DNA of 64,000 bases from an uncultured Microbacterium sp. (GCA_963518515.1 CAUQIW010000014.1:3359-67358); one strand, 5' to 3'; numbered from the stretch's first letter, positions 55,715-64,000 are shown. Numbers and translations: made by a program. Notes: generated from the sequence alone by a model not told the origin.

Positions 55715-56562
55715 GCGGCGCCGCCGGCGCGAGGGCAGGAGCGAAGCACGAGCAGACCGCACCCGTGCTCGAGGTGCGCGGTGCTGCCCTCCAGCGGGGT
55801 GACCGCGAACTGTGGGCGGGCCTCGACCTGACGGTGGCGCCCGGCGAGTTCATCGCCGTGCTCGGCCCGTCCGGCTCGGGCAAGACCACGCTGCTGCGCA
55901 GCATCCTGGGGCTCCAGCCGCTGTCGGCCGGTGACATCCGCGTGGCCGGCGAACCGGTGCGCAAGGGCAACCGTCGCATCGGCTACATCCCGCAGCAGCG
56001 CTCTCTCGCACCGGACACCAGCATGCGCGCCCGCGATCTCGTCGCGCTCGGAGTTCAGGGCAGCCGCTTCGGGTTCCCCGTTCCCCACCGTGGCGATCGC
56101 GCCAAGGTCGACTCGCTGCTCGAGTCGGTCGGCGCCTCGCACTTCGCCGACCGTCGGGTCGGGCTGCTGTCGGGCGGCGAGCAGCAGAGGCTGCGCGTGG
56201 GCCAGGCGCTCGCCGACGAGCCCTCGCTGCTGCTCTGCGATGAGCCGCTGTCGAACCTCGACCTCGCCAACCAGCTCGCCGTCACCGACATCATCGATCG
56301 TCAGCGCCGAGAGCGGTCCGCGGCCGTGCTCTTCGTGACCCACGACATCAACCCGATCCTCGGCAGGGTCGACCGCATCCTCTACATCGCCGGAGGCCGC
56401 TTCCTGCTGGGCACGCCGGACGAGGTGCTGCAGACCAGGGTGCTCACCGAGCTCTACGGAACCCCGGTCTTCGTGCTGCGCGCCGGCGACCGCCTGGTCG
56501 TGGTCGGCGTGCCCGATGCCGAGCCGCACCACCTGCACGATGATCACGAGGGCGCCGCATGA
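55711..56562 (+). CDS. znuC: metal ABC transporter ATP-binding protein
   Basis: Walker A GPSGSGKTT, signature LSGGEQQR and Walker B LLLCDEP. GTGA overlap with znuA. Confidence 0.85.
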   Translation: MSGAAGARAGAKHEQTAPVLEVRGAALQRGDRELWAGLDLTVAPGEFIAVLGPSGSGKTTLLRSILGLQPLSAGDIRVAGEPVRKGNRRIGYIPQQRSLAPDTSMRARDLVALGVQGSRFGFPVPHRGDRAKVDSLLESVGASHFADRRVGLLSGGEQQRLRVGQALADEPSLLLCDEPLSNLDLANQLAVTDIIDRQRRERSAAVLFVTHDINPILGRVDRILYIAGGRFLLGTPDEVLQTRVLTELYGTPVFVLRAGDRLVVVGVPDAEPHHLHDDHEGAA

Positions 56563-57446
56563 CCGGCGTCGTGCTTTCCGGCGCTCTCGTGCCCGCGGTC
56601 GACTGGAGCGACGTCTTCTCGTTCCAGGACTACGGCGAGCTGGTCGCCCTGCTCGCGAACTCGATCGTCGCGGGTGCGGTCCTCGGCATCGTGGGCGGTC
56701 TGATCGGCGTCTTCGTGATGCAGCGCGACCTCGCTTTCGCGGTGCACGGCGTCAGCGAGCTGTCGTTCGCCGGTGCCGCCGCGGCGCTGCTGTTCGGTGG
56801 CAGCGTCGTCGCGGGATCTCTGGGCGGCGCACTCGTCGCGGCGATCCTGATCGGTGTGCTCGGCGCCAAGGCGCGAGACCGCAATTCGATCGTCGGGGTT
56901 CTGATGCCGTTCGGTCTGGGCCTCGGCATCCTGTTCCTCTCGCTGTACGACGGCCGCAGCGCCAATCGCTTCAGCCTGCTCACCGGGCAGATCGTGTCGG
57001 TGTCGAGTCCCGACCTCGGATGGCTGCTCGGCATCAGCATCGTCGTGCTGCTCGGACTGCTGCTGATGTGGAACCCGCTGCGCTTCGACTCGCTCGACCC
57101 CGAGTCGGCCGCCGCGCGAGGTGTGCCCACGCGTGCCGTCAGCCTGCTGTTCATGGTGCTGCTCGGTCTCATCGTCGCCGTCAGCGTGCACATCATCGGC
57201 GCACTGCTCGTGATGGCGCTGCTGGTCACCCCCGCGGCTGCGGCGATGCGAATCACCGCGGGTCCCGTCGCCGTGCCGGTGCTCGCCGCGCTCTTCGGAT
57301 TCGTCTCGGCGGTGGGCGGAATCCTGCTCGCCCTCGCGGGCACGCTGCCGGTGAGCCCCTACATCACGACGCTGTCGTTCACGATCTACGTCGTCTGCTG
57401 GATCGTGCAGCGGGTACGAGGCGGCGTGCGTCGGGTGCGCGCGTGA
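56559..57446 (+). CDS. znuB: metal ABC transporter permease (ABC-3 family)
   Basis: About 8 TM helices with ABC-3 (ZnuB/TroC)-like sequence. ATGA overlap with znuC. Confidence 0.85.
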   Translation: MTGVVLSGALVPAVDWSDVFSFQDYGELVALLANSIVAGAVLGIVGGLIGVFVMQRDLAFAVHGVSELSFAGAAAALLFGGSVVAGSLGGALVAAILIGVLGAKARDRNSIVGVLMPFGLGLGILFLSLYDGRSANRFSLLTGQIVSVSSPDLGWLLGISIVVLLGLLLMWNPLRFDSLDPESAAARGVPTRAVSLLFMVLLGLIVAVSVHIIGALLVMALLVTPAAAAMRITAGPVAVPVLAALFGFVSAVGGILLALAGTLPVSPYITTLSFTIYVVCWIVQRVRGGVRRVRA

Positions 57447-57503
57447 CCACCGCCTACCGGTCTCCCAGCCCTCGACAAGGGCCCCGCGCCTAGAATCGTC
57501 GGT

Positions 57504-57920
57504 ATGGCTCAGCGGAACACCTGGCAGCGCGAACGCGTGCGCGAAGCGCTCGCCGACGCGCGCGGCTTCGTGAGCGCGCAGGGCCTGCACGCCTCGCTGC
57601 GCGATGACAACACCGGAATCGGTCTCGCCACCGTGTACCGCGCACTCGCCGGACTCGCGGCGTCGGGCGACGCCGATTCGCTGCAGAGCCCCGAGGGCGA
57701 GGCGCTCTACCGGGCGTGCACCACGCAGGGTCACCACCACCACCTGATCTGCCGGAACTGCGGTCTCACGGTCGAGATCGAGGCGACCGACGTCGAGCAG
57801 TGGGCGCACCGCACCGCCGCCCTGCACGGATTCACGGATGCCGCGCACGTCGTCGACATCTTCGGTCTGTGCGCGTCGTGCACCAACAAGCGCGACGCCG
57901 AAGAGGCAGCGACCGCGTGA
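57504..57920 (+). CDS. zur: Fur-family zinc uptake regulator
   Basis: HTH (GLATVYRAL), HHHHLICRNCG and CASC motifs. Located between znuB and two further transporter genes. Confidence 0.8.
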   Translation: MAQRNTWQRERVREALADARGFVSAQGLHASLRDDNTGIGLATVYRALAGLAASGDADSLQSPEGEALYRACTTQGHHHHLICRNCGLTVEIEATDVEQWAHRTAALHGFTDAAHVVDIFGLCASCTNKRDAEEAATA

Positions 57921-58951
57921 TCTCGACGATCGGCACTCGACCGGCGCCGTCGCGGCAGACTGTCAGGCCGCGGCGCTCGCCGTGGGTCGGCGTCGGCCTC
58001 GGTGCCGCCATCGTCGTGGCGCTGTTCGCGGTCGACATGTTCCTCCCGACGCTGTTCGCCGACAGTCTGCCGAGCCGTGCGCAGGACGGCCTCACCCTGG
58101 CGCTGAGCGTGCTCATCGAGGCCCTGCCCTTCGTGATCCTCGGCGTGCTCCTGTCGATCGTCGTGCAGGTGTGGCTGCCTGCCGACGTCATCCACCGCTG
58201 GCTGCCCCAGCGCGGGTGGGCTCGCCGAGCCGTGCTGTCACTGCTGGGCATGCTGATCCCCGTGTGCGAGTGCGGCAACGTGCCCTTCGCACGCGGGCTC
58301 ATGATGCGCGGTCTCGCACCCGCAGAGGCTCTGACGTTCCTGATCGCGGCGCCGATCGTGAACCCGATCGTGATCCTCACCACTCACGCCGCGTTCGGCT
58401 TCGACGACGGCATCCTGGTCGCGCGACTGATCGGCGGATACCTGATCGCCAACCTCATCGGCTGGATCTACAGCCGTCACCCCTCGCCGGATGCTCTGCT
58501 CACCCAGCGCTTCGTCGACACGTGCGAGCGCGTGACCCACGAGCACGGGACGCCCGTCAAGCGCAGCCTCACGCAGTTCCTCGTCGAACTGCGCGCGGTG
58601 ATGCCTGCGCTCGTCATCGGGTCTGCGCTCGCCGGAGCCGTGCAGGTGCTGATCCCGCGCGACGTGCTGCTGGCCATCGGATCGAACCCCGTGCTCTCGA
58701 TCGTCGCCATGATGGCGCTGGCCATGACGGTCGCCATCTGCTCGAACGTCGACGCCTTCTTCGCGCTGTCCTTCGCATCGACGTTCTCGTCGGGAGCGCT
58801 GGTCGCCTTCCTGCTCGTGGGCCCGCTCGTCGACGTCAAGATGCTCGCGCTCATGCGCACCACCTTCACGACCCGCACGCTCGTCGGCATCGTCGCCGTC
58901 GTGGTATCCGCGGCCTTCGCCATCGGGATCGGGGTGAACGTCTTTGTCTGA
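57917..58951 (+). CDS. UPF0718-type permease (YraQ/YcgR-like)
   Basis: Multi-TM protein with the conserved VCECGNVPFARGL motif. GTGA overlap with zur. Confidence 0.8.
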   Translation: MISTIGTRPAPSRQTVRPRRSPWVGVGLGAAIVVALFAVDMFLPTLFADSLPSRAQDGLTLALSVLIEALPFVILGVLLSIVVQVWLPADVIHRWLPQRGWARRAVLSLLGMLIPVCECGNVPFARGLMMRGLAPAEALTFLIAAPIVNPIVILTTHAAFGFDDGILVARLIGGYLIANLIGWIYSRHPSPDALLTQRFVDTCERVTHEHGTPVKRSLTQFLVELRAVMPALVIGSALAGAVQVLIPRDVLLAIGSNPVLSIVAMMALAMTVAICSNVDAFFALSFASTFSSGALVAFLLVGPLVDVKMLALMRTTFTTRTLVGIVAVVVSAAFAIGIGVNVFV

Positions 58952-59756
58952 GCACTCGAAGAGCCGCTCCGTCGGGGGGAGCGCGTCATCGACCCGGCGC
59001 CGAGCGCTCGGCAGTCGCTGGCTGGGCATCGGCCTCGCCACCCTCATCTCGGTCGTGACGCTCGGACTCGGCCTCACCGGCCGCCTCAACCTCTACATCA
59101 GTCCCGAATCCGTGTGGTTCGCCTGCGCCGCCGCCGTCGTCACGCTCATCGGAGCGATCTGGTCGTGCACCTTGCCTCTCGGCGAAGAGGACGACCACGG
59201 TCACGACCACGGTGATTCGTCGGGGCACGCATCGGATGCCGCGTCGGCTCCGCGCCGCACACTCGCCGCCGCCGGTGCGGTGACGGGAGGAGTCATCGCA
59301 TCCGGAGTCGTCGTCGCCGCGCTCGTGCTGCCCCCCGCATCGCTCTCGGTCGAGCTCGCGATGTCGCGGGTCGGCGAGCAGACCGCGCTTTTCGCCGGAG
59401 CCGACGACGTGCAGCTGGGCGTCGCCGACACTGCCACGTTCGGCGTGGGGGACTGGGCCAGCGTCTTCGCGACGGCGACGAACACCTCGACGTACGACGG
59501 CAAGGCCGTGACCCTGACCGGCTTCGTGACCCCGACCGACGGCGAGGGGGTCAACCTGACCCGCCTGGTCATCACGCACTGCGTGATCGACGCCCAGCCC
59601 GCGACCGTGCCGGTGACGATCGACGCGAGCGAGTTCGAGACCGGTCAGTGGGTCGAGATCGAGGGCACGGTGAAGGCGGATGCCGACGGCTCGCTGCACA
59701 TCGACCCGACCTCGGTCACGGCGATCGACGAGCCCGGGGAACCGTATGAGTACTGA
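58944..59756 (+). CDS. TIGR03943 (DUF1980, YcgQ-like) two-TM protein with His-rich loop
   Basis: Two N-terminal TM helices, loop EEDDHGHDHGDSSGH, and a C-terminal domain with LVITHCVIDAQP typical of the family that pairs with UPF0718 permeases. TTG 58944 is the only upstream in-frame start, so the start call has low confidence. Confidence 0.7.
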   Translation: MSEHSKSRSVGGSASSTRRRALGSRWLGIGLATLISVVTLGLGLTGRLNLYISPESVWFACAAAVVTLIGAIWSCTLPLGEEDDHGHDHGDSSGHASDAASAPRRTLAAAGAVTGGVIASGVVVAALVLPPASLSVELAMSRVGEQTALFAGADDVQLGVADTATFGVGDWASVFATATNTSTYDGKAVTLTGFVTPTDGEGVNLTRLVITHCVIDAQPATVPVTIDASEFETGQWVEIEGTVKADADGSLHIDPTSVTAIDEPGEPYEY

Positions 59757-61515
59757 CGAGCCCGCCGTCCCGCGCACGCGCGCCGAGATGCGCGCCGCCC
59801 GCGAGGCGGCCGAGGCCGCCGCCGCCGAGGCGGCCCGGACATCGACCGAGGGGACGCCTGCGGCTCGGTCAACGACCGACGACGTGCCGGTCCCCTCCCG
59901 CCGGTCGTTGAGCGAGGCCGACGGAGTCGACCGAGACGAAACGCCCTCCGTCCCACAGAACGACGCCCCGCTGTTCGCCCCCGCGTCGGCATCCGAGAAC
60001 TACCGCCGCACCCCCAACCCCGACTCGTCGCAACCGTCGGTCGTGCCGCTCACGCCTCCCGATCCCCGTCCGGAGCCGGCATCCGCCGCACCTGTGCCCC
60101 AGACCGCCGAGGCCTCTCGGTCGACCGAAGCCGCCGCTCCCCGCAACAGGCGCTTCCTGATCGCGCTGGGCGCGGTGCTCGGCGTCTTCGTGCTCGTCGG
60201 CGCCGGGCTCGGCGTCGTCAGCCTCACGCAGGGCCCGCGCATCACCGAGGTGCAGGTCGATCCCGAGCAGGCGATCGAGGCGTCGGGCAGTCGCGTGATC
60301 CTCACCGCCAATCAGTCCCTCGCGACCATCGACGAGTCGCAGGTGACGGTCGACCCCGCGGTGCCCTTCACTCTCGATGCGTCGGGGCGCGGCATCGGCA
60401 TCCGCTTCACCGTGCCGCTCGACGACGACACCGAGTACACCGTGAGCGTCGCCGATGCGGTGGGCGCGGGCGGCGGGCCGTCGGCGACCCTCGAGACCAG
60501 CTTCAGCACCCCGGCGTCGAGCATCTTCCTGCTGCACCGCGATGCCGGTGACGGCGCCGACGACACGATCTTCCGCACCGACCTCACGGGCGAGAGCGGC
60601 GTGCCCATCTTCGCGGCCGAGAAGATCAATGACTTCCGCGCCACGTCGACCAAGCTCGTCGTCTCGCTCGAAGAGGACGACAGCTCGAAGATCCTCGTGA
60701 TGAATCGCGACGGATCGGATCCGCGAGAGCTCGAACTCCCGGGTGAGGGGTATGTCGGCGCGATCCAGGTGTCCGATCGAGGAGGCTTCGTCGGCTACAG
60801 CTACTCCGACAAGGAGCTCAGCGATACCGAGGGGCGGGCGAGTGTGCTCGTGACCCAGTCGTTGAGCGGCGATGACGAGCCCGTCGTGACCGAGGTCGGC
60901 GGCGAAGAGGCGAACATCTTCGTGTGGCAGTTCGTACCCGACAGTGCCGCCGTGCTGTTCATCGACTTCGACGGCGCGCTCTCGCTCGTCGATCGGTCGA
61001 CGGATGCCGGGGTGCAGTCGCTCGGGCTGGCGACGACCATCCAGGGCGTCTCGCGCGGCACGTACACGGCGATCGTCGAGCGCCTCGACGGTCAGGTGGT
61101 CGAGCTGAACCTGGCCGACGGATCGGAGGCTCCGCTCGCGGCATCCGAGCCCGACTACGGCTCCGCCATCACGATCACACCGTTCCCCGGTGGGACGCTG
61201 AGGCATGTCGTCGCGCGCGGCGAGAACGGCATCCCGACCGGTCAGGCGATCGTGCGGGTCGACGATGAGGGCGTCGCGACGCCCCTGGTCGAGGTCGGAT
61301 CGAGCGACTCGATCCTCCAGGCCTGCGCATCGCCCAGCGGTCAGTACGCCGCGGTCGTGATCGCGCCCGACCTGGCCGACAACCCCTACGACCAGATGCT
61401 GCTGCCGCTGCCCGAGAACCTCGAGACGCACCTGATCGACCTGCGCTCCGGTGACGAGATCGTCGCGCTCACCGGCTTCGACGCCTCCTGGTGTCAGACG
61501 GCGCCCCAGTTCTGA
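59746..61515 (+). CDS. hypothetical single-pass membrane protein with large extracytoplasmic beta-rich domain
   Basis: Disordered Ala/Pro/Ser-rich N-terminus, one TM helix (FLIALGAVLGVFVLVGAGLGVV) and about 400 aa of beta-rich sequence. ATG 59746 overlaps the upstream gene by 11 nt. An alternative start is GTG 60043. Confidence 0.7.
   Translation: MSTDEPAVPRTRAEMRAAREAAEAAAAEAARTSTEGTPAARSTTDDVPVPSRRSLSEADGVDRDETPSVPQNDAPLFAPASASENYRRTPNPDSSQPSVVPLTPPDPRPEPASAAPVPQTAEASRSTEAAAPRNRRFLIALGAVLGVFVLVGAGLGVVSLTQGPRITEVQVDPEQAIEASGSRVILTANQSLATIDESQVTVDPAVPFTLDASGRGIGIRFTVPLDDDTEYTVSVADAVGAGGGPSATLETSFSTPASSIFLLHRDAGDGADDTIFRTDLTGESGVPIFAAEKINDFRATSTKLVVSLEEDDSSKILVMNRDGSDPRELELPGEGYVGAIQVSDRGGFVGYSYSDKELSDTEGRASVLVTQSLSGDDEPVVTEVGGEEANIFVWQFVPDSAAVLFIDFDGALSLVDRSTDAGVQSLGLATTIQGVSRGTYTAIVERLDGQVVELNLADGSEAPLAASEPDYGSAITITPFPGGTLRHVVARGENGIPTGQAIVRVDDEGVATPLVEVGSSDSILQACASPSGQYAAVVIAPDLADNPYDQMLLPLPENLETHLIDLRSGDEIVALTGFDASWCQTAPQF
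59903..59943. repeat. dispersed repeat copy D (module a) embedded in-frame in the 5' part of the 59746 ORF
   Basis: GGTCGTTGAGCGAGGCCGACGGAGTCGACCGAGACGAAACG aligns over 41 nt with copies at 52656 and 54536. Confidence 0.85.
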
Positions 61516-61522
61516 GGTCCGG

Positions 61523-62218
61523 ATGCCGTCGGATGCCCTCCACCGAGCGACCCGCGCCGAGCTGAGCGGGCTCCCGCTCGAGGTCGCTCCTCTGCTGCTC
61601 GGCGCGGAGCTGCGCACGCTCGTCGCCGGTTCTGAGGTGCGCATGCGGCTCACCGAGGTCGAGGCCTATCACGGGCAGGGCACGGGTCAGCATCCGGATC
61701 CTGGTTCGCATGCGCGCATGGGGATGACCGCACGCAACGCGACGATGTGGGGGGAGCCGGGGCACCTGTACGTGTACCTCAGCCACGGGATCCACTCGTG
61801 CGTGAACGTCGTCTGCGGGCCGGAAGGCCAGGCGGGCGGTGTGCTGCTGCGAGCGGGAGAGGTGGTGTTCGGAGCGGATGCCGCGGCGATCCGCCGACGC
61901 GCGGCACTGCCGCTCACGCGCACGGCACTCCGCGATCTCGCGCGGGGTCCCGGCCGGCTCGGGCAGGCGGTGGGTCTGCGGCATCCGATCCACGACGGCA
62001 TCGACGCGATCACCGGTCGAGAGCTCGCGGAGGCCAGGGCGGAGCTGTGGATGCGCGACGAGCCCGTGCGCGACGTCGTGACCGGGCCGCGGGTGGGGGT
62101 TGCGGGCATCGCCGGCACGGATGCCTTCCCCTGGCGGTTCTGGATCGGCGGGGATGCCACGGTGTCGACGTTCCGGTGGGGCCGGGGTGCTCAGGCCGCG
62201 GCATCCGGATCCGCATGA
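61523..62218 (+). CDS. mpg: DNA-3-methyladenine glycosylase (Mpg/AAG family)
   Basis: LTEVEAYHG, DPGSHA and PGHLYVYLSHGIHSCVNVV motifs of the AAG/Mpg family. Confidence 0.85.
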   Translation: MPSDALHRATRAELSGLPLEVAPLLLGAELRTLVAGSEVRMRLTEVEAYHGQGTGQHPDPGSHARMGMTARNATMWGEPGHLYVYLSHGIHSCVNVVCGPEGQAGGVLLRAGEVVFGADAAAIRRRAALPLTRTALRDLARGPGRLGQAVGLRHPIHDGIDAITGRELAEARAELWMRDEPVRDVVTGPRVGVAGIAGTDAFPWRFWIGGDATVSTFRWGRGAQAAASGSA

Positions 62219-62240
62219 ATCTGCTAGGCTAGTCGATTGT

Positions 62241-62262
62241 CTGCGCACACTCCTGTGCGCAG
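62241..62262 (+). terminator. stem-loop CTGCGCACA-CTCC-TGTGCGCAG after mpg
   Basis: Perfect 9-bp stem with a 4-nt loop, 23 nt after the mpg stop. Followed by TTCGTGTG, with no clear U-tract. Confidence 0.45.
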
Positions 62263-62380
62263 TTCGTGTGCTGCTGGGTTTCTCCGCTCCTGAGTTCGTC
62301 GAGGATGCAGGGCCGCTGGCACGCAGACAAGGGATCTTGGGTGAGGCCGTCCGGCCTCACGGTATAGAAGGAGTCACATC

Positions 62381-62617
62381 ATGGCAGCAGTGTGCCAGGT
62401 GACAGGAGCTGTTCCCGGCTTCGGTCACAACGTCTCGCACTCGCACCGCCGGACGAAGCGCCGCTTCGACCCGAACGTGCAGAAGAAGACCTATTTCGTC
62501 GCTTCGCTCGGTCGTAAGATCACGCTCAACGTGTCCGCCAAGGGCATCAAGGTGATCGACGTCCGCGGCATCGAGAACGTGGTCAAGGACCTCCAGGCGA
62601 AGGGTGTGAAGCTCTAA
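62381..62617 (+). CDS. rpmB: 50S ribosomal protein L28
   Basis: [34 protein letters not shown] is the canonical L28 N-terminus. GAAGGAG RBS. Confidence 0.95.
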   Translation: MAAVCQVTGAVPGFGHNVSHSHRRTKRRFDPNVQKKTYFVASLGRKITLNVSAKGIKVIDVRGIENVVKDLQAKGVKL

Positions 62618-62787
62618 TGGCCAAGAAGGCTCAGGACGTACGTCCGATCATCAAGCTGCGTTCGACGGCGGGTACGGGTTACACGTACGTGACGAAGAAG
62701 AACCGCCGCAACACCCCCGACCGCGTCGTGCTGAAGAAGTACGACCCGGTCATCCGCAAGCACGTCGAATTCCGAGAGGAGCGTTGA
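62617..62787 (+). CDS. rpmG: 50S ribosomal protein L33 (Cys-less form), absent from the ORF track (56 aa)
   Basis: ATG overlaps the rpmB stop (TAATG). The translation [56 protein letters not shown] is L33-like and has no CxxC pairs. Confidence 0.9.
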   Translation: MAKKAQDVRPIIKLRSTAGTGYTYVTKKNRRNTPDRVVLKKYDPVIRKHVEFREER

Positions 62788-62790
62788 TCA

Positions 62791-63096
62791 ATGGCTAAGA
62801 AGAGCAAGATCGCTCGCAACGAGCAGCGCAAGGTCATCGTCGAGCGTTACGCAGAGCGTCGCGCCGAGCTGAAGAAGACCCTCGTCGACCCGAACGCGAC
62901 CGACGAGGCCCGTGAGGCCGCCCGTCTCGGTCTGCAGAAGCTGCCGCGCAACGCGTCGCCGGCTCGCGTGCGTTCGCGCGACGTCATCGACGGCCGCCCC
63001 CGCGGTGTCCTCACGAAGTTCGGCATCTCGCGTGTCCGCTTCCGTGACATGGCGCACCGTGGCGAGCTGCCCGGCGTGACCAAGTCCAGCTGGTAA
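62791..63096 (+). CDS. rpsN: 30S ribosomal protein S14 (long, zinc-independent form)
   Basis: 101 aa, [14 protein letters not shown]...[21 protein letters not shown], with no zinc ribbon. Confidence 0.95.
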   Translation: MAKKSKIARNEQRKVIVERYAERRAELKKTLVDPNATDEAREAARLGLQKLPRNASPARVRSRDVIDGRPRGVLTKFGISRVRFRDMAHRGELPGVTKSSW

Positions 63097-63112
63097 GTCT
63101 CAGCTTCCGAAA

Positions 63113-63144
63113 GGGGCGAGGGTCTTCGGATCCTCGCCCCTTTT
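63113..63144 (+). terminator. intrinsic terminator after rpsN
   Basis: GGGGCGAGGGTC-TTCG-GATCCTCGCCCC stem (11 of 12 bp) followed by TTTT. Confidence 0.8.
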
Positions 63145-63210
63145 CGCATGTCCGGGGTGCCTGCGGTCAGGGTGCTTCGCGACTCGGGTCCGGGTGTGCG
63201 GCGCCTGCGG

Positions 63211-63281
63211 TACGGAGGGGATCTGCCGTACGGAGGGCGGATGCCGGCATCCCGCCCTCCGTATCGCAGATCCCCTCCGTA
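63211..63281. repeat. 71-bp near-perfect palindrome built from TACGGAGGG direct repeats
   Basis: Manual pairing of 63211-63245 with 63246-63281 gives about 33 Watson-Crick pairs, 1 G-U, 1 mismatch and 1 bulge. The centre is ATGCCGGCAT. Confidence 0.85.
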
Positions 63282-63514
63282 TCGCTCGCGCAGCAGGGGC
63301 GACACCGGGTGCGGATGACCCGAAAACGGCGCCTCAGGCGTCACATTCGCCACTTCCGCACCGCGACACGCCACCGATATGGCCAAAACCCGCGAAATGA
63401 CGCGGAAATGGGGGCGGTCGTTGGTACATTCAAGGCGGTCACTCGACCAACGGAGGGCACGAGCCCTTCGGACACACAAACGATGCGACGGGATCCTCGT
63501 CGCTGGAGGATGAC

Positions 63515-63802
63515 ATGGCTGACAAGTCCATCACCAAGACCGAGCTCGTCGCGAGCATCGCTTCCGCTACCGGCCAGAGCCAGGCCACCGTCTCGGGTGT
63601 CCTCGACGCGCTGTTCTCCTCGGTCTCCGACGCCGTCGCCAAGGGCAGCAAGGTTTCGATCCCGGGCTGGATCTCGTTCGAGCAGGTCGACACCGCTGCT
63701 CGCACGGGCCGCAACCCCCAGACCGGCGCCGAGATCAAGATCCCGGCCGGCAAGCGCGTCAAGGTGACCGCTGGTTCCAAGCTCAAGGCTGCCGTCAAGT
63801 AA
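63515..63802 (+). CDS. hup: nucleoid-associated DNA-binding protein HU
   Basis: 95 aa with the KTELV...ARTGRNPQTGAEIKIPA HU/IHF arm motif. GGAGGA RBS. Confidence 0.95.
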   Translation: MADKSITKTELVASIASATGQSQATVSGVLDALFSSVSDAVAKGSKVSIPGWISFEQVDTAARTGRNPQTGAEIKIPAGKRVKVTAGSKLKAAVK

Positions 63803-63815
63803 GACCGCACCTTCT

Positions 63816-63851
63816 CGAAGGCCGTTCCCGATCCGTCGGGGACGGCCTTCG
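63816..63851 (+). terminator. stem-loop after hup
   Basis: 15-bp stem (14 Watson-Crick pairs plus 1 G-U), CGAAGGCCGTTCCCG-ATCCGT-CGGGGACGGCCTTCG, 14 nt after the stop. No U-tract. Confidence 0.5.
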
Positions 63852-64000
63852 TGCATCTGGAGATGGTGGTTCGCGCTCTCGCGCGACGTTAACCGGCTCT
63901 GGACTGGGAAAACGTGGCATACCGGGCGTGCGACGCGCCCGGGAGTACCGCCCCGATTTGCCAGAACCCCGGAATCCGCGTAACTTATTACTTGTTCGCC

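Noticed and set aside
62219-62380. Zur box upstream of the rpmB-rpmG-rpsN cluster, which would make it a zinc-regulated alternative ribosomal protein operon
   Set aside because: I could find no AT-rich TGAAAATGATTTTCA-like palindrome in the 162-nt upstream region. It contains only GC-rich hairpins. The proteins may simply be the sole constitutive copies.

Overview
High-GC actinobacterial chromosome segment (about 70% GC by eye, not computed). Gene content and the dispersed repeat families suggest Microbacteriaceae, possibly Microbacterium, but that is inference. About 65 protein genes are tightly packed, many joined by ATGA, GTGA or TGATG stop/start overlaps. I found no rRNA, tRNA, CRISPR array, integrase or transposase. 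This looks like core genome, not an accessory island.

Gene content from left to right:
- Lpl-type sugar ABC permeases with a YesU/YetA-like pair.
- A CDGSH iron-sulfur protein with a heme-oxygenase-like protein.
- An LLM monooxygenase, pnuC and a GNAT acetyltransferase.
- An ECF41-like sigma factor divergent from an NmrA-like gene.
- A DUF222-HNH gene behind a perfect LexA-type palindrome.
- msrB-msrA, and a Fur-family regulator with a catalase.
- A J-domain/NERD fusion protein.
- A 5'-truncated amino acid permease next to a MATE pump.
- An acyl-CoA synthetase with a thioesterase, then ribA-marR.
- A low-molecular-weight tyrosine phosphatase followed by purB.
- An uncharacterised small-protein/hydrolase pair next to a holin-family gene.
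- An aminotransferase and a 2-oxoacid dehydrogenase E1a/E1b/E2 set.
- A TetR regulator with an MFS pump.
- A ROK regulator, sugar ABC transporter and GH13 alpha-glucosidase.
- A co-directional zinc cluster: znuA, znuC, znuB, zur, UPF0718 permease, TIGR03943 protein.
- mpg, then rpmB-rpmG-rpsN (all cysteine-poor forms) and hup.

Observations most worth a second look:
1. purB has no ATG, GTG or TTG at its homology-supported N-terminus. It appears to start at a CTG inside a CTGA overlap with the upstream gene, behind an AGGAGGA.
2. At least four families of dispersed or tandem palindromic repeats sit in intergenic gaps, inside operons, and once in-frame inside a CDS.
3. A two-gene module encodes a small helical protein and a signal-less helical-N-terminus/alpha-beta-hydrolase protein, convergent with a holin-family gene.
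4. Operator-like palindromes are readable by eye: LexA, Zur, Fur-family and a triple TetR site.
5. Several genes appear to be leaderless.

All functional calls come from reading motifs in the translated ORFs. No database search was run.
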